DNA of 64,000 bases from Spirochaetia bacterium (GTDB lineage Bacteria; Spirochaetota; Spirochaetia; UBA9216), in NCBI GenBank assembly GCA_963677925.2, contig CAXXYH010000003.1:896001-960000 (forward strand), read 5' to 3'. Both the position numbers and the translations under genes were made by a program. The notes below the pieces were generated by a model. That model worked only from the letters and a program-made list of their open reading frames with translations, ran no database searches and was not told the DNA's origin. Position 1 is the stretch's first letter; each line of letters begins with the position of its first letter. Positions 1 to 8,529 of this stretch are shown here, piece after piece.

Positions 1-1227
1 CCCGCCGTATCTGGCAACCCAGTCCACTGTACGAACAGAGCCCTTAATTACTTCAGCCACATGCTGGAGAGCCCGGTCACCGGTCGGCCATCCGTAGGTC
101 TTGTTGACCTGACCGAAGAAATCTATATCAACAAAGATAAGTGATAGAGGATGTTTGTATTCCCTGGCCCTGTCAAACTCACGCTTCATCCTGCGGTTGA
201 AATATCCGCGGTCAAAGAGAGCTGTCAGTCCGTCGGTATCCGCCTGCTGCGCCATACTGCTAACGAACTTCCGGCTGCTGGATGATAGCGCCGCAGTAAG
301 CCTGTCTGTAAGAACTTTAACCCTGTTTTCAAAGTATTTTATCATCACATCCGCCGGGTCTGATTCAGGATTATCGGTTCCGCCGGCAACTTCCACCCTG
401 TTGCGTCCTGCACCCTTTGCCATGTACAGGGCGCTGTCAGCCTCGTTGAACATCTCCTCACTGTCCATAGGTGTATCGGCAACACAGATTCCAATACTGA
501 TTGAAACAGAAAAATCACCTTTAATTTCAACTCCGGAGACTAAATCCTTAATATCAATCTGCTCAACCTCTCTACGGATAAAATCAGCAGCTCCTGCAGC
601 CTGCTGTCTGTTCATTCTGCTTACAACCGCAAATTCATCACCGCCCATGCGGCAGATCCCGTTTTCACCGGTCATGCAGTTCCGGAGAATACCAGCAATT
701 CTTCGAAGCAGCCTGTCTCCGTTTTGAAAACCGAAGGTGTCATTGATTATTTTAAAATTATCTATATCCATCATCATAAGTGAAACAGGTTTCTCAGATT
801 CATTCATAAACAGTTCGAACCTTAGACGTCTTGAAATTTCACTCCGTGGAAGAAGTCCGGTTAACGGATCTGTAAGCGACATTTTTAGCGACCGCTGTCT
901 TGCATGAGTGTTTATACAGAATCTTACCAGATGAAGTGTAAAGTTTTCGTCAAAGGATGAGGAAAGTACAACACTGTCTTCCGGCAGCAGTTTCCGCAGC
1001 CATACTGACTCAAGCTCATCAGGAACAATTACAAGTGACGGGATCGACATTTTTCGGTAGAAATCCTGAGCATCGCAGTATTTGTCCCATCTGCGGGCGT
1101 CGAAGATTCTGACATCCGCTCCTGCCGGAACCTGAGTAAATCTGTAATTGATCTTCTGAAAACTCACCTGTTTTACAGGAAATTTCGTATCGCCTTCCCA
1201 GATTATTTTATAGCTGAAAGTTTTCAA
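1..1227 (-). CDS. Diguanylate cyclase with two tandem GGDEF domains (partial; runs off the window edge; absent from the ORF track)
   Basis: Manual translation from TTG at 1227 (SD AAAGGAG upstream) stays open to position 1. Domain 1: TDPLTGL..MMDIDNFKIINDTFG..RMGGDEF..ADSALYMAKGAGRNRV. Domain 2: TDGLTAL..FVDIDFFGQVNKTYG..RTVDWVARYGG. Confidence 0.93.
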   Translation of the reverse strand, partial: MKTFSYKIIWEGDTKFPVKQVSFQKINYRFTQVPAGADVRIFDARRWDKYCDAQDFYRKMSIPSLVIVPDELESVWLRKLLPEDSVVLSSSFDENFTLHLVRFCINTHARQRSLKMSLTDPLTGLLPRSEISRRLRFELFMNESEKPVSLMMMDIDNFKIINDTFGFQNGDRLLRRIAGILRNCMTGENGICRMGGDEFAVVSRMNRQQAAGAADFIRREVEQIDIKDLVSGVEIKGDFSVSISIGICVADTPMDSEEMFNEADSALYMAKGAGRNRVEVAGGTDNPESDPADVMIKYFENRVKVLTDRLTAALSSSSRKFVSSMAQQADTDGLTALFDRGYFNRRMKREFDRAREYKHPLSLIFVDIDFFGQVNKTYGWPTGDRALQHVAEVIKGSVRTVDWVARYGG

Positions 1228-1337
1228 TAGAGGCTCCTTTTTTAAATAATGCTATAGCGGCCTTCTTAGTGTGTTATTTACACTTAGATAAGTTTATACC
1301 TGAATAGGTTTTTTTTCAAATAAAATATGCGGTTTTT

Positions 1338-2429
1338 TCACAATTCAGGAAGCTCATCATAGACGCCCCCTTCAAGTGAACCTGTCGTAAAATTATACCG
1401 CTCCACAGAACGCATATCTTCATGCAGGGGCAGGTTTTCTATCTTACGGATTTTTTCTCTAATACTCTGTCTGAACGCTGTTACAGCCTTCCATGTATGA
1501 GGAACAGAAGGGCATTTTCTGATAACCTCCGGAAGATGGGAACGTTCTGCTACTTTCACAATATCAAAGGCAAAAAGAAATCCCATAACCGGCCAGAAGG
1601 CAAACTTATCTTTGGATTTAAATTTACGGTTCAGATATACAGGAACTTCTTCATTTCCGTAATATCCTTCAATTCCTCCCAGAATAAATCCTGCAACCGT
1701 GGATCTGAACGTCTGCTTATCATAGATATACTCAATGCAGTTTTTATAAAAAATAAAGGAAGCTGCAGAATTATCAAGACCCAGAGAGCCCAGATATCCG
1801 CCGATCCGCTGCAGTTCACTTACTGCGCGAAGCGCGGATGCGTCAGAAACATCGTTGAATCTGTCAGCCCCCAGTCCGACTGTGAAAAGGAGTTTAGGTA
1901 TATCACAGGACAGCAGTGATATAGCAGTGACCGATACAAGATCCTCGATAACGTCTCCAAGACCGGCTTCATCTCCGGTCATAAGAGAGTCGGAACCTCC
2001 ATCAACTGCAATAATACAGTCGACAGAATGCTTCTCACATAAATATTCATACAGTCTTTTCAGTTTTCCGACGTTAAAGTCTCTGGCATAATAGGCGTAA
2101 ACGGAGTGCAAGGTCTCAGGGTAGACAGCATCAAGATATCTGCATACATTTATCTCGGGAGCATAATGAGGATCCGGGGTAATTGAGCCTGTACAGAGTT
2201 TGATTTGAATGTCATTTATCCCTGGAATATTCAGCATTTCACAATTGATCTTATCAGTTAGACCGAATGAATAGCTTCCTATCACAACATTCTTGTTCAG
2301 CTCCATCAGCGCAGGATAAAGCAGCATCCCGTGAATGAAATCAAACCCCCCGCCGCATCCCACAAGCAGAACATTTTTTATCTCAGGATTTCTTAGTATC
2401 TCAAGAAATTTCGGTTCTAAAAGGTTCAA
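1338..2429 (-). CDS. DUF1152 family protein
   Basis: LLVGCGGGFD, YAPE, AVDGGSDSLMTGDEAGLG..ED and GLGAD motifs match DUF1152 as I recall it. SD AAAGGAG before the TTG start. Confidence 0.8.
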   Translation of the reverse strand: MNLLEPKFLEILRNPEIKNVLLVGCGGGFDFIHGMLLYPALMELNKNVVIGSYSFGLTDKINCEMLNIPGINDIQIKLCTGSITPDPHYAPEINVCRYLDAVYPETLHSVYAYYARDFNVGKLKRLYEYLCEKHSVDCIIAVDGGSDSLMTGDEAGLGDVIEDLVSVTAISLLSCDIPKLLFTVGLGADRFNDVSDASALRAVSELQRIGGYLGSLGLDNSAASFIFYKNCIEYIYDKQTFRSTVAGFILGGIEGYYGNEEVPVYLNRKFKSKDKFAFWPVMGFLFAFDIVKVAERSHLPEVIRKCPSVPHTWKAVTAFRQSIREKIRKIENLPLHEDMRSVERYNFTTGSLEGGVYDELPEL

Positions 2430-2449
2430 AGCTTATAGTTCTCCTTTCA

Positions 2450-3517
2450 TTATAATTCCTTCATGGCCCTGACAATGGGAAGTTTATCAATATTTTTAAA
2501 TAACACTTTATCATTCTCCTCAAGAAGAGCCCACGGGAAAGTTTCATCCTTCATATCAAGAAAATCCTGTTTGACATCTTCACCGCTGCGGGCCCGTATA
2601 AAGTAATCAATTAATCTTTCAATGTAATCATGGTTTTCAATCACTGATAAAAGCCTTTCCGGAATGCTTTCTATTCCCAGATAAGCGCCGCTCAGGGCAC
2701 AGGCCATGGATGAAATTGTATCGGTATCACCGCCTGCGCTGACTGCTTCATAAAGGCAGTCCTCAAAAGAATCCCTGTTCCTTAAGAAGGTAAGAATAGA
2801 AAAAGGAAGCGATTCAACTGCCGTCTCATCCCGAAGAAAGGAGTTCATGCATCCGTCCGAATCAACCCCCTTATTCAATAGTATCCTGTTTTTTTCCAAA
2901 GCTTCTCTGAACCCTCCGGTTGAAGAAACTTTAAGCAGTTCAGCTATAAAATCATCGTTACTGATTTTATCAGCATCTAAAGCAAGCGCTGCAGCCTTTG
3001 CCATAATTACAGCTGAATCAACGCCCAGCGGATGGATGTGGGTTGTTCGGGCTGATTTTACCGCATTCTTTTTTATAAGCCGGGGTCTGTTGCTGAACCA
3101 CAGTCCGATTGGAGCAACCCGCATACAGGCGCCGTTCCCCATAGAACCGCTGCTGTTTTTGTATAAAAGCTCGCTGACAAAGCGGTTCAGCTTCTTTGAG
3201 GACACACCCGCTGTATCCTTTCGGATATTGAAAAGGAAATAGGTACCGGTACCGTATGCCCGATCGAGATTTGCAAGATGATCATACATAAAGATATCGG
3301 CCAGCTGCTCAAGTCTGATTCTTCCATGTATAATAAGCTGCTGACAAACTCCGAAGGTCATCAAAGAATCGTCTGTGTAGCGTATTACCTCGGACTTTTG
3401 GAGTTCGGTTTCAATCTCAGCTTTGTCCCCTGCGCCGAAATTCTCACCGATTGCGTCACCGATGACGGCACCAAAGAGGCATCCTCTGATTTTTTTATTA
3501 AGTTCTTTATCAGTCAT
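2450..3517 (-). CDS. ADP-ribosylglycohydrolase (DraG/ARH family)
   Basis: GAVIGDAIG, YTDD, GNGACMRVAPIG, TH and GGDTDT metal-binding motifs are all intact. Confidence 0.93.
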   Translation of the reverse strand: MTDKELNKKIRGCLFGAVIGDAIGENFGAGDKAEIETELQKSEVIRYTDDSLMTFGVCQQLIIHGRIRLEQLADIFMYDHLANLDRAYGTGTYFLFNIRKDTAGVSSKKLNRFVSELLYKNSSGSMGNGACMRVAPIGLWFSNRPRLIKKNAVKSARTTHIHPLGVDSAVIMAKAAALALDADKISNDDFIAELLKVSSTGGFREALEKNRILLNKGVDSDGCMNSFLRDETAVESLPFSILTFLRNRDSFEDCLYEAVSAGGDTDTISSMACALSGAYLGIESIPERLLSVIENHDYIERLIDYFIRARSGEDVKQDFLDMKDETFPWALLEENDKVLFKNIDKLPIVRAMKEL

Positions 3518-4521
3518 TTTATGCTTCGAAACAGCTCGCTCATATGAGCCGCCGCGGAGTTCACAGTTACATCAAGCTCATATCCGCCTCCGGGCAGGGA
3601 AACAACCGGAGCATTGTATTTATTCGAAACTTCAATGACAGTCCTTGTCATCATAGCAAAATCCTCATACTCAAACTTGGTCACATACTTTCCGCAGTCA
3701 AGGGTATGTCCGTCATGTCCGTCGAAGACAAAGATCATATCCGGTGTGAACGGAAGCGTTTCAAGTTCTAATCGGAACTGTTCCATTACATTCTCAGCCC
3801 TGAAGACATCACCCTTCAGCCCGAGTTCATCATGGAAAAAATCATCGGTATAGTTTTCATCAAGAACCGGAATACTGCAGTGGCCGACAGAAGATGAATA
3901 TACAGTAGTTCCGAGCTCGATTGATTTAACCATACTCATGTACAGGTCGACTGCACTGTGAATATCTATGATGTAAACCGAACTGTCATTCTCAAATATT
4001 GTCTGGGTTCCGTCTCCATGATGAAAATCCCAGTCAATGATTAGGATATTCCTGAATCCGGATTTCTGCGCATACCGTGCCGCGGCTGCCATGGAATTCA
4101 GCAGACAGTAGCCATGCCCCCTGGATGGAAATGCATGATGACTGGGCTGGGTAAAACAGTATGCCCTATCCAGGACTCCCCTTTTCATCAGATCGACTGC
4201 TGAATAAAGACCGCCAAGACCGTATTCAAAGCCGGGAAGAGCCAGAGGCAGATTGAAGCATTCCGCACTTATAGTCAGATCAGCCTGTTCATCACCGCCT
4301 GCAAAGGCTTTGATTGCATCAAGATACTCTTTGCCATGAACCGACTTGAACTCATCAAACTCAACCCTGTTCAGAGGCAGTTCAGGTACCCTCAGTTCCT
4401 TTCTGATCCCTGCCCGGACCTTATCATAATAATCAAGCGACTGGCCAATGAATTCAATCTCGTTCATCGGCTTTATTGTCATACAGGTTTCAGGATGGAA
4501 ATACGTTCCGAAAGTTTTCAT
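3514..4521 (-). CDS. Zn-dependent histone deacetylase / acetylpolyamine amidohydrolase family protein
   Basis: PSHHA..GYCLLN, IIDWDFHHGDGTQ, GHDGH..D and GGGY motifs. 4-nt ATGA overlap with the ARH gene. Confidence 0.92.
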   Translation of the reverse strand: MKTFGTYFHPETCMTIKPMNEIEFIGQSLDYYDKVRAGIRKELRVPELPLNRVEFDEFKSVHGKEYLDAIKAFAGGDEQADLTISAECFNLPLALPGFEYGLGGLYSAVDLMKRGVLDRAYCFTQPSHHAFPSRGHGYCLLNSMAAAARYAQKSGFRNILIIDWDFHHGDGTQTIFENDSSVYIIDIHSAVDLYMSMVKSIELGTTVYSSSVGHCSIPVLDENYTDDFFHDELGLKGDVFRAENVMEQFRLELETLPFTPDMIFVFDGHDGHTLDCGKYVTKFEYEDFAMMTRTVIEVSNKYNAPVVSLPGGGYELDVTVNSAAAHMSELFRSIK

Positions 4522-4667
4522 TAACTTAATTATGTACTATTTGAAGTGATCAGACATTAATTTTTTATATGTTTATCCGTTTTTTGCTTAAAACAATCAA
4601 AATCTGCGGATGATTATCTGGAAGATCTGGAATCAATCTAAGACTGGCAGTGCTTAGAACGTTGATT

Positions 4668-4904
4668 CTAGTCCTCTTCGAATTTTCCTTCCCTGAAATC
4701 TTCCAGAATCTGAATTATCTGCTCTTCATATTCTTCAGGAGCCTCAATACTGCCCCAGCCGTGTTCAAGCGTAAACAGGCCGTCATAGGCTGTGGTTTCA
4801 TTGCTTTTTATATTAAAGGGTATTTCCTCTGTATTAAGTATATTTGCTATCAGTTCTGCCTCTGTAGCATTATTCAGGTCTGCAATCAGTTTAACTTTTG
4901 CCAT
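4668..4904 (-). CDS. Small DUF2007-like (putative signal-transducing) protein
   Basis: EAELIANILNTEEIPF..AYDG..IEAPEEYEEQ pattern. Overlaps the end of the upstream gene. Confidence 0.7.
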   Translation of the reverse strand: MAKVKLIADLNNATEAELIANILNTEEIPFNIKSNETTAYDGLFTLEHGWGSIEAPEEYEEQIIQILEDFREGKFEED

Positions 4905-5538
4905 TTAAATCTCCCGGGTAAAGGATTCGTATACCATAGATGTTTCTTGCCGGACCGGAACCCCATTTATCTGAGATATTATACAGATTATTAAATAGAT
5001 GTTCATCAGGAAATTCAGGATCGTTCATTATAAAACCTCTTTCACCATATCCTGTCAGCACAACATAGTGGGGCGCGCCCTTGTAGAGAACCTCCGCTAT
5101 CACAGGGATCCCCTTATCAAGATAATATTCAATTAACACAAGATCTGCAGGCAGTGCGCTCCAGTCAAAGCGGGTATAAACCCAGCCGTCATCAAAGGCA
5201 GTCATTGCCGGCCAGCGAAGCTGAACTTCACCGACATATTTACCGCCTTCCCAGGCATCATCAAAGCCGTTATGAGCCTTAAGCCAGTCATTCATTTTGG
5301 AGGGATTATAGTTTTTCTTTGTATGATACGATGCTATCATTGCAATTGAGGTCAAGGCACAGCCGTGAGTGCGGATTGTAAACTCGGAGTTGTTTCCAAG
5401 CTTTTCATCAGCCCAGGAGGCGTCTTTACCCTGAACATAGTAGGGTACTTTCATATTTCCCTCCTCTGCAAAACTCAGGCACGACTGCGCAAGAAGGCAG
5501 CACAATGAAATTAACGTAAAAACATGCTTCTTTTTCAT
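4891..5538 (-). CDS. Exported C39-like (papain-fold) cysteine peptidase
   Basis: Signal peptide, VPYYVQ, GCALTS (Cys), PHYVVLTGY (His), NDP (Asp). Confidence 0.8.
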   Translation of the reverse strand: MKKKHVFTLISLCCLLAQSCLSFAEEGNMKVPYYVQGKDASWADEKLGNNSEFTIRTHGCALTSIAMIASYHTKKNYNPSKMNDWLKAHNGFDDAWEGGKYVGEVQLRWPAMTAFDDGWVYTRFDWSALPADLVLIEYYLDKGIPVIAEVLYKGAPHYVVLTGYGERGFIMNDPEFPDEHLFNNLYNISDKWGSGPARNIYGIRILYPGDLNGKS

Positions 5539-5589
5539 CAGTAATAATATGCCACTTTAGAAAGAATTCGACCATTATTTTTTATTTCC

Positions 5590-5603
5590 GTAACATATGT
5601 TAC
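5590..5603 (+). promoter_or_regulatory. Crp/Fnr (HcpR-type) binding site upstream of hcp
   Basis: Perfect palindrome GTAACATATGTTAC, resembling the GTAAC-N4-GTTAC HcpR motif. Its centre lies 29.5 bp before a TAAAGT -10 (5626-5631), the class II -41.5 geometry. Confidence 0.8.
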
Positions 5604-5610
5604 AGCAATG

Positions 5611-5644
5611 AAAGTATACAGGTATTAAAGTACCTGTATACTTT
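5611..5644. repeat. Perfect 14-bp inverted repeat flanking the predicted hcp -10 box
   Basis: AAAGTATACAGGTA-ttaaag-TACCTGTATACTTT. Confidence 0.9.
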
Positions 5645-5669
5645 TTAAAGGACAACCAAGGAGAATTAT

Positions 5670-7298
5670 ATGTCTATGTTTTGTTTTCAGTGTCAGGAAG
5701 CCGCAAAGGGAACCGGATGTACAGTAAAGGGAGTATGCGGAAAAAGCGACGATGTTGCCAATATGCAGGACCTTCTTATTTTCACACTTAAGGGAATTGC
5801 CTTTTATGCAGATAAGGCAGGCGATAACAGTGTTACCGATGCTGCAACTGATAAATTCATGTATGACAGCCTTTTTAAAACTATAACCAATGCCAATTTT
5901 GATAAGTCAGTTTTCGTAAAATCAGTTACAGAAGCTCTGGCTATCAGGGATAGTCTTAAAACTAAAGTTGAGGTTGATGGAAGTCTTCCGGACTGTGCTG
6001 AATGGAGCCCTGAATCCGAGGCTGAATACGAAATAAAGGCGGCAACCGTAGGCATTCTGGCCACCGAAAATGAAGATGTACGCTCACTGAGGGAGCTGCT
6101 CATCTACGGACTGAAGGGTATGGCTGCATATGCCGAGCATGCGGCAAACCTGGGATATTTTTATGATTCTGTATTTTCTTTCATCTACAAGGGGCTTGCA
6201 GCAACTGTAAACGATAATCTGAGTGCAGATGAACTGACTGCACTGGTTCTCGAATGCGGAAAGAATGGTGTTGACGTGATGGCCCTCCTTGATAAGGCCA
6301 ATACCGAATCATACGGTAATCCTGAAATCACAAAGGTCAACATCGGGACAGGAACCAATCCTGGTATCCTGATATCCGGACATGATCTGAAGGATATGGA
6401 GCAGCTTCTGGCTCAGACTGAGGGAACCGGAGTAGATGTATACACTCACAGCGAAATGCTTCCGGCAAACTACTACCCTGCCTTCAAGAAATACAGCCAT
6501 TTCGTCGGAAATTACGGTAACGCATGGTGGAAGCAGAATACCGAGTTTGAATCCTTCAACGGGCCTATTATTTTTACTACAAACTGTATTACACCGCCCA
6601 AAGATTCCTACAAAGACAGGGTATACACCACCGGAGCAGCAGGCTTTGAAGGCGTAAAGCATATTGAAGGTAAGGCCGGAGAGAAAGACTTCTCGGCAGT
6701 AATCGAGCATGCAAGAAAGTGCGATGCTCCTGTGCAGATTGAAACAGGAGAGATAGTAGGCGGATTTGCACATGCTCAGGTTCTGGCACTTGCAGACAAG
6801 GTTGTAGATGCTGTAAAAAGCGGGGCAATAAAGCAGTTTTTTGTGATGGCCGGATGCGACGGCCGGATGAAGGGCCGGGACTATTATTCTGATTTCGCAC
6901 AGAAGCTTCCCAAGGATACAGTTATACTTACTGCCGGATGCGCAAAGTACCGCTACAACAAGCTTCCTCTCGGAGATATCGGCGGAATACCAAGGGTTCT
7001 GGATGCCGGCCAGTGCAACGATTCATACTCACTTGCAGTAATTGCACTCAAGTTAAAAGAAGTGTTCGAACTTAACGACATCAATGACTTGCCTATCTCC
7101 TACAATATTGCATGGTACGAGCAGAAGGCCGTAATAGTACTTCTTGCCCTTCTTTACCTGGGCGTAAAAAACATCCATCTCGGCCCGACACTCCCGGCCT
7201 TTCTCAGCCCGAATGTGGCTAAGGTTCTTATTGAGAACTTCGGAATTGCCGGAATAGGTGAAGTTGAAGATGATATTAAGATATTCATGGGTGCATAA
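5670..7298 (+). CDS. hcp: Hybrid cluster protein (hydroxylamine reductase)
   Basis: [10 protein letters not shown]...[44 protein letters not shown]. Confidence 0.98.
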   Translation: MSMFCFQCQEAAKGTGCTVKGVCGKSDDVANMQDLLIFTLKGIAFYADKAGDNSVTDAATDKFMYDSLFKTITNANFDKSVFVKSVTEALAIRDSLKTKVEVDGSLPDCAEWSPESEAEYEIKAATVGILATENEDVRSLRELLIYGLKGMAAYAEHAANLGYFYDSVFSFIYKGLAATVNDNLSADELTALVLECGKNGVDVMALLDKANTESYGNPEITKVNIGTGTNPGILISGHDLKDMEQLLAQTEGTGVDVYTHSEMLPANYYPAFKKYSHFVGNYGNAWWKQNTEFESFNGPIIFTTNCITPPKDSYKDRVYTTGAAGFEGVKHIEGKAGEKDFSAVIEHARKCDAPVQIETGEIVGGFAHAQVLALADKVVDAVKSGAIKQFFVMAGCDGRMKGRDYYSDFAQKLPKDTVILTAGCAKYRYNKLPLGDIGGIPRVLDAGQCNDSYSLAVIALKLKEVFELNDINDLPISYNIAWYEQKAVIVLLALLYLGVKNIHLGPTLPAFLSPNVAKVLIENFGIAGIGEVEDDIKIFMGA

Positions 7299-7324
7299 AC
7301 ATTTTATTCTGAAATAATTTGTAT

Positions 7325-7358
7325 AATCCTCCGGGGTCCAGGCCTTGGGGGATTTTTT
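7325..7358 (+). terminator. Rho-independent terminator after hcp
   Basis: AATCCTCCGGGG..CCTTGGGGGATT stem (with GU pairs) followed by a T run. Confidence 0.7.
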
Positions 7359-7369
7359 ACAGACAGAAA

Positions 7370-7840
7370 TCAAGCCTTTTTTACGGACTTTGCCATACAG
7401 ATAGATTCCGGAATATCCCGGTACTGACCGTAGTTTTCAATCACAGCAAACCCAAGCCTCAGATACAGCTTCATCGCAGCTTTAAGCGGTTCTCCGGTTT
7501 CAAGAATCAGACTTGAATAACCCTTCAAAGCGGCTTTCTGCTCAAGCTCAGACATCAAACGCTCCGCTAATCCCCTGCCTCTGTATTCCGGCCTGACGTA
7601 CACCCTCTTAATTTCTGCGGAATATTCATCATAGTGCTTGAATGCACCGCAGGCGGCAGGAATATCATCTACAAATATAACAATTACATCATGAATATCA
7701 TCAAGCTGATTATACTGCACATACTGTTCACGCTGAGCATGTCCGCCGACTATTTCATCAAGATCAGAGTCCAGCATTTCACACAATTTAATAAAATCAG
7801 GATTTCTCCCATCGGTATATACGGTATTTAACTCTTTCAT
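7370..7840 (-). CDS. GNAT family N-acetyltransferase
   Basis: AEIKRVYVRPEYRGRGLA, LILETG, A..LY..LGF. Confidence 0.92.
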   Translation of the reverse strand: MKELNTVYTDGRNPDFIKLCEMLDSDLDEIVGGHAQREQYVQYNQLDDIHDVIVIFVDDIPAACGAFKHYDEYSAEIKRVYVRPEYRGRGLAERLMSELEQKAALKGYSSLILETGEPLKAAMKLYLRLGFAVIENYGQYRDIPESICMAKSVKKA

Positions 7841-8529
7841 TAATCTTCAGCCATAACTTCCTCGATTGCTTTCCGATCGAGAATACTAACCTCTCGGCCA
7901 ACTACAGATATAAAGCCCATTGAAACAAGATTTGAAAACTCTCGTGACAGACTGGGCCTGGCTACACTCATCAGTTCAGCAAGTTTTTCACGGTTATAGC
8001 CTAGCGTAACCAGCTCCTTCTCACGTTCTCCTGACAGTCCAAGTATATACCCGCATATTTTCTGTCTTATTGTACTGAACTGAAGAAGCCTTATTTTTTC
8101 GGCCAGAAAGCTGATCCGGCTTCCCATATCAGTGAGAAAATTCTGCATAAAAACTGTAGAACTCTGGCATAGCCCAATGACCTCTTTTTTACCGATGCAG
8201 ATTATTTCTACATCGCTTTTTGCCACAAGGGTTACAGGAAGACGATTATCCTCTGAAAATAGAATTCCGGAAGCAATTGCAGATGAGGGACATAGTGTCT
8301 CAACAAGTAAATTTTTTCCGCCGGAACCATGAATTTCTGCTGAGAGCTTCCCTGACATAATAATTCGAAGATCTTCAACAAGATCACCGCGCAGCTGAAT
8401 TATTGAGTTGTTATCATAGCGGCAGATTTTAAAGGGAATATTCTTAAAAAGATCATCGAGCTCATCAGCTGTAATTCCGGAAAACAGTCCTGACTGCACA
8501 AGGATTCGTGCTGTACGTTCATCCATCAA
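7840..8529 (-). CDS. hcpR: Crp/Fnr family transcriptional regulator, HcpR-like
   Basis: cNMP-binding-like N-terminal domain and HTH REKLAELMSVARPSLSRE. Lies two genes from hcp, which carries a matching palindrome. Confidence 0.8.
   Translation of the reverse strand: MMDERTARILVQSGLFSGITADELDDLFKNIPFKICRYDNNSIIQLRGDLVEDLRIIMSGKLSAEIHGSGGKNLLVETLCPSSAIASGILFSEDNRLPVTLVAKSDVEIICIGKKEVIGLCQSSTVFMQNFLTDMGSRISFLAEKIRLLQFSTIRQKICGYILGLSGEREKELVTLGYNREKLAELMSVARPSLSREFSNLVSMGFISVVGREVSILDRKAIEEVMAED

Noticed and set aside
155-727. 190-aa plus-strand ORF, and the 61-aa minus-strand ORF at 345-530
   Set aside because: These are shadows of the real minus-strand double-GGDEF gene.
2450-3517. DraG of the nitrogenase switch-off system
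   Set aside because: There is no draT or nif context, so only a family-level ARH call is supported.
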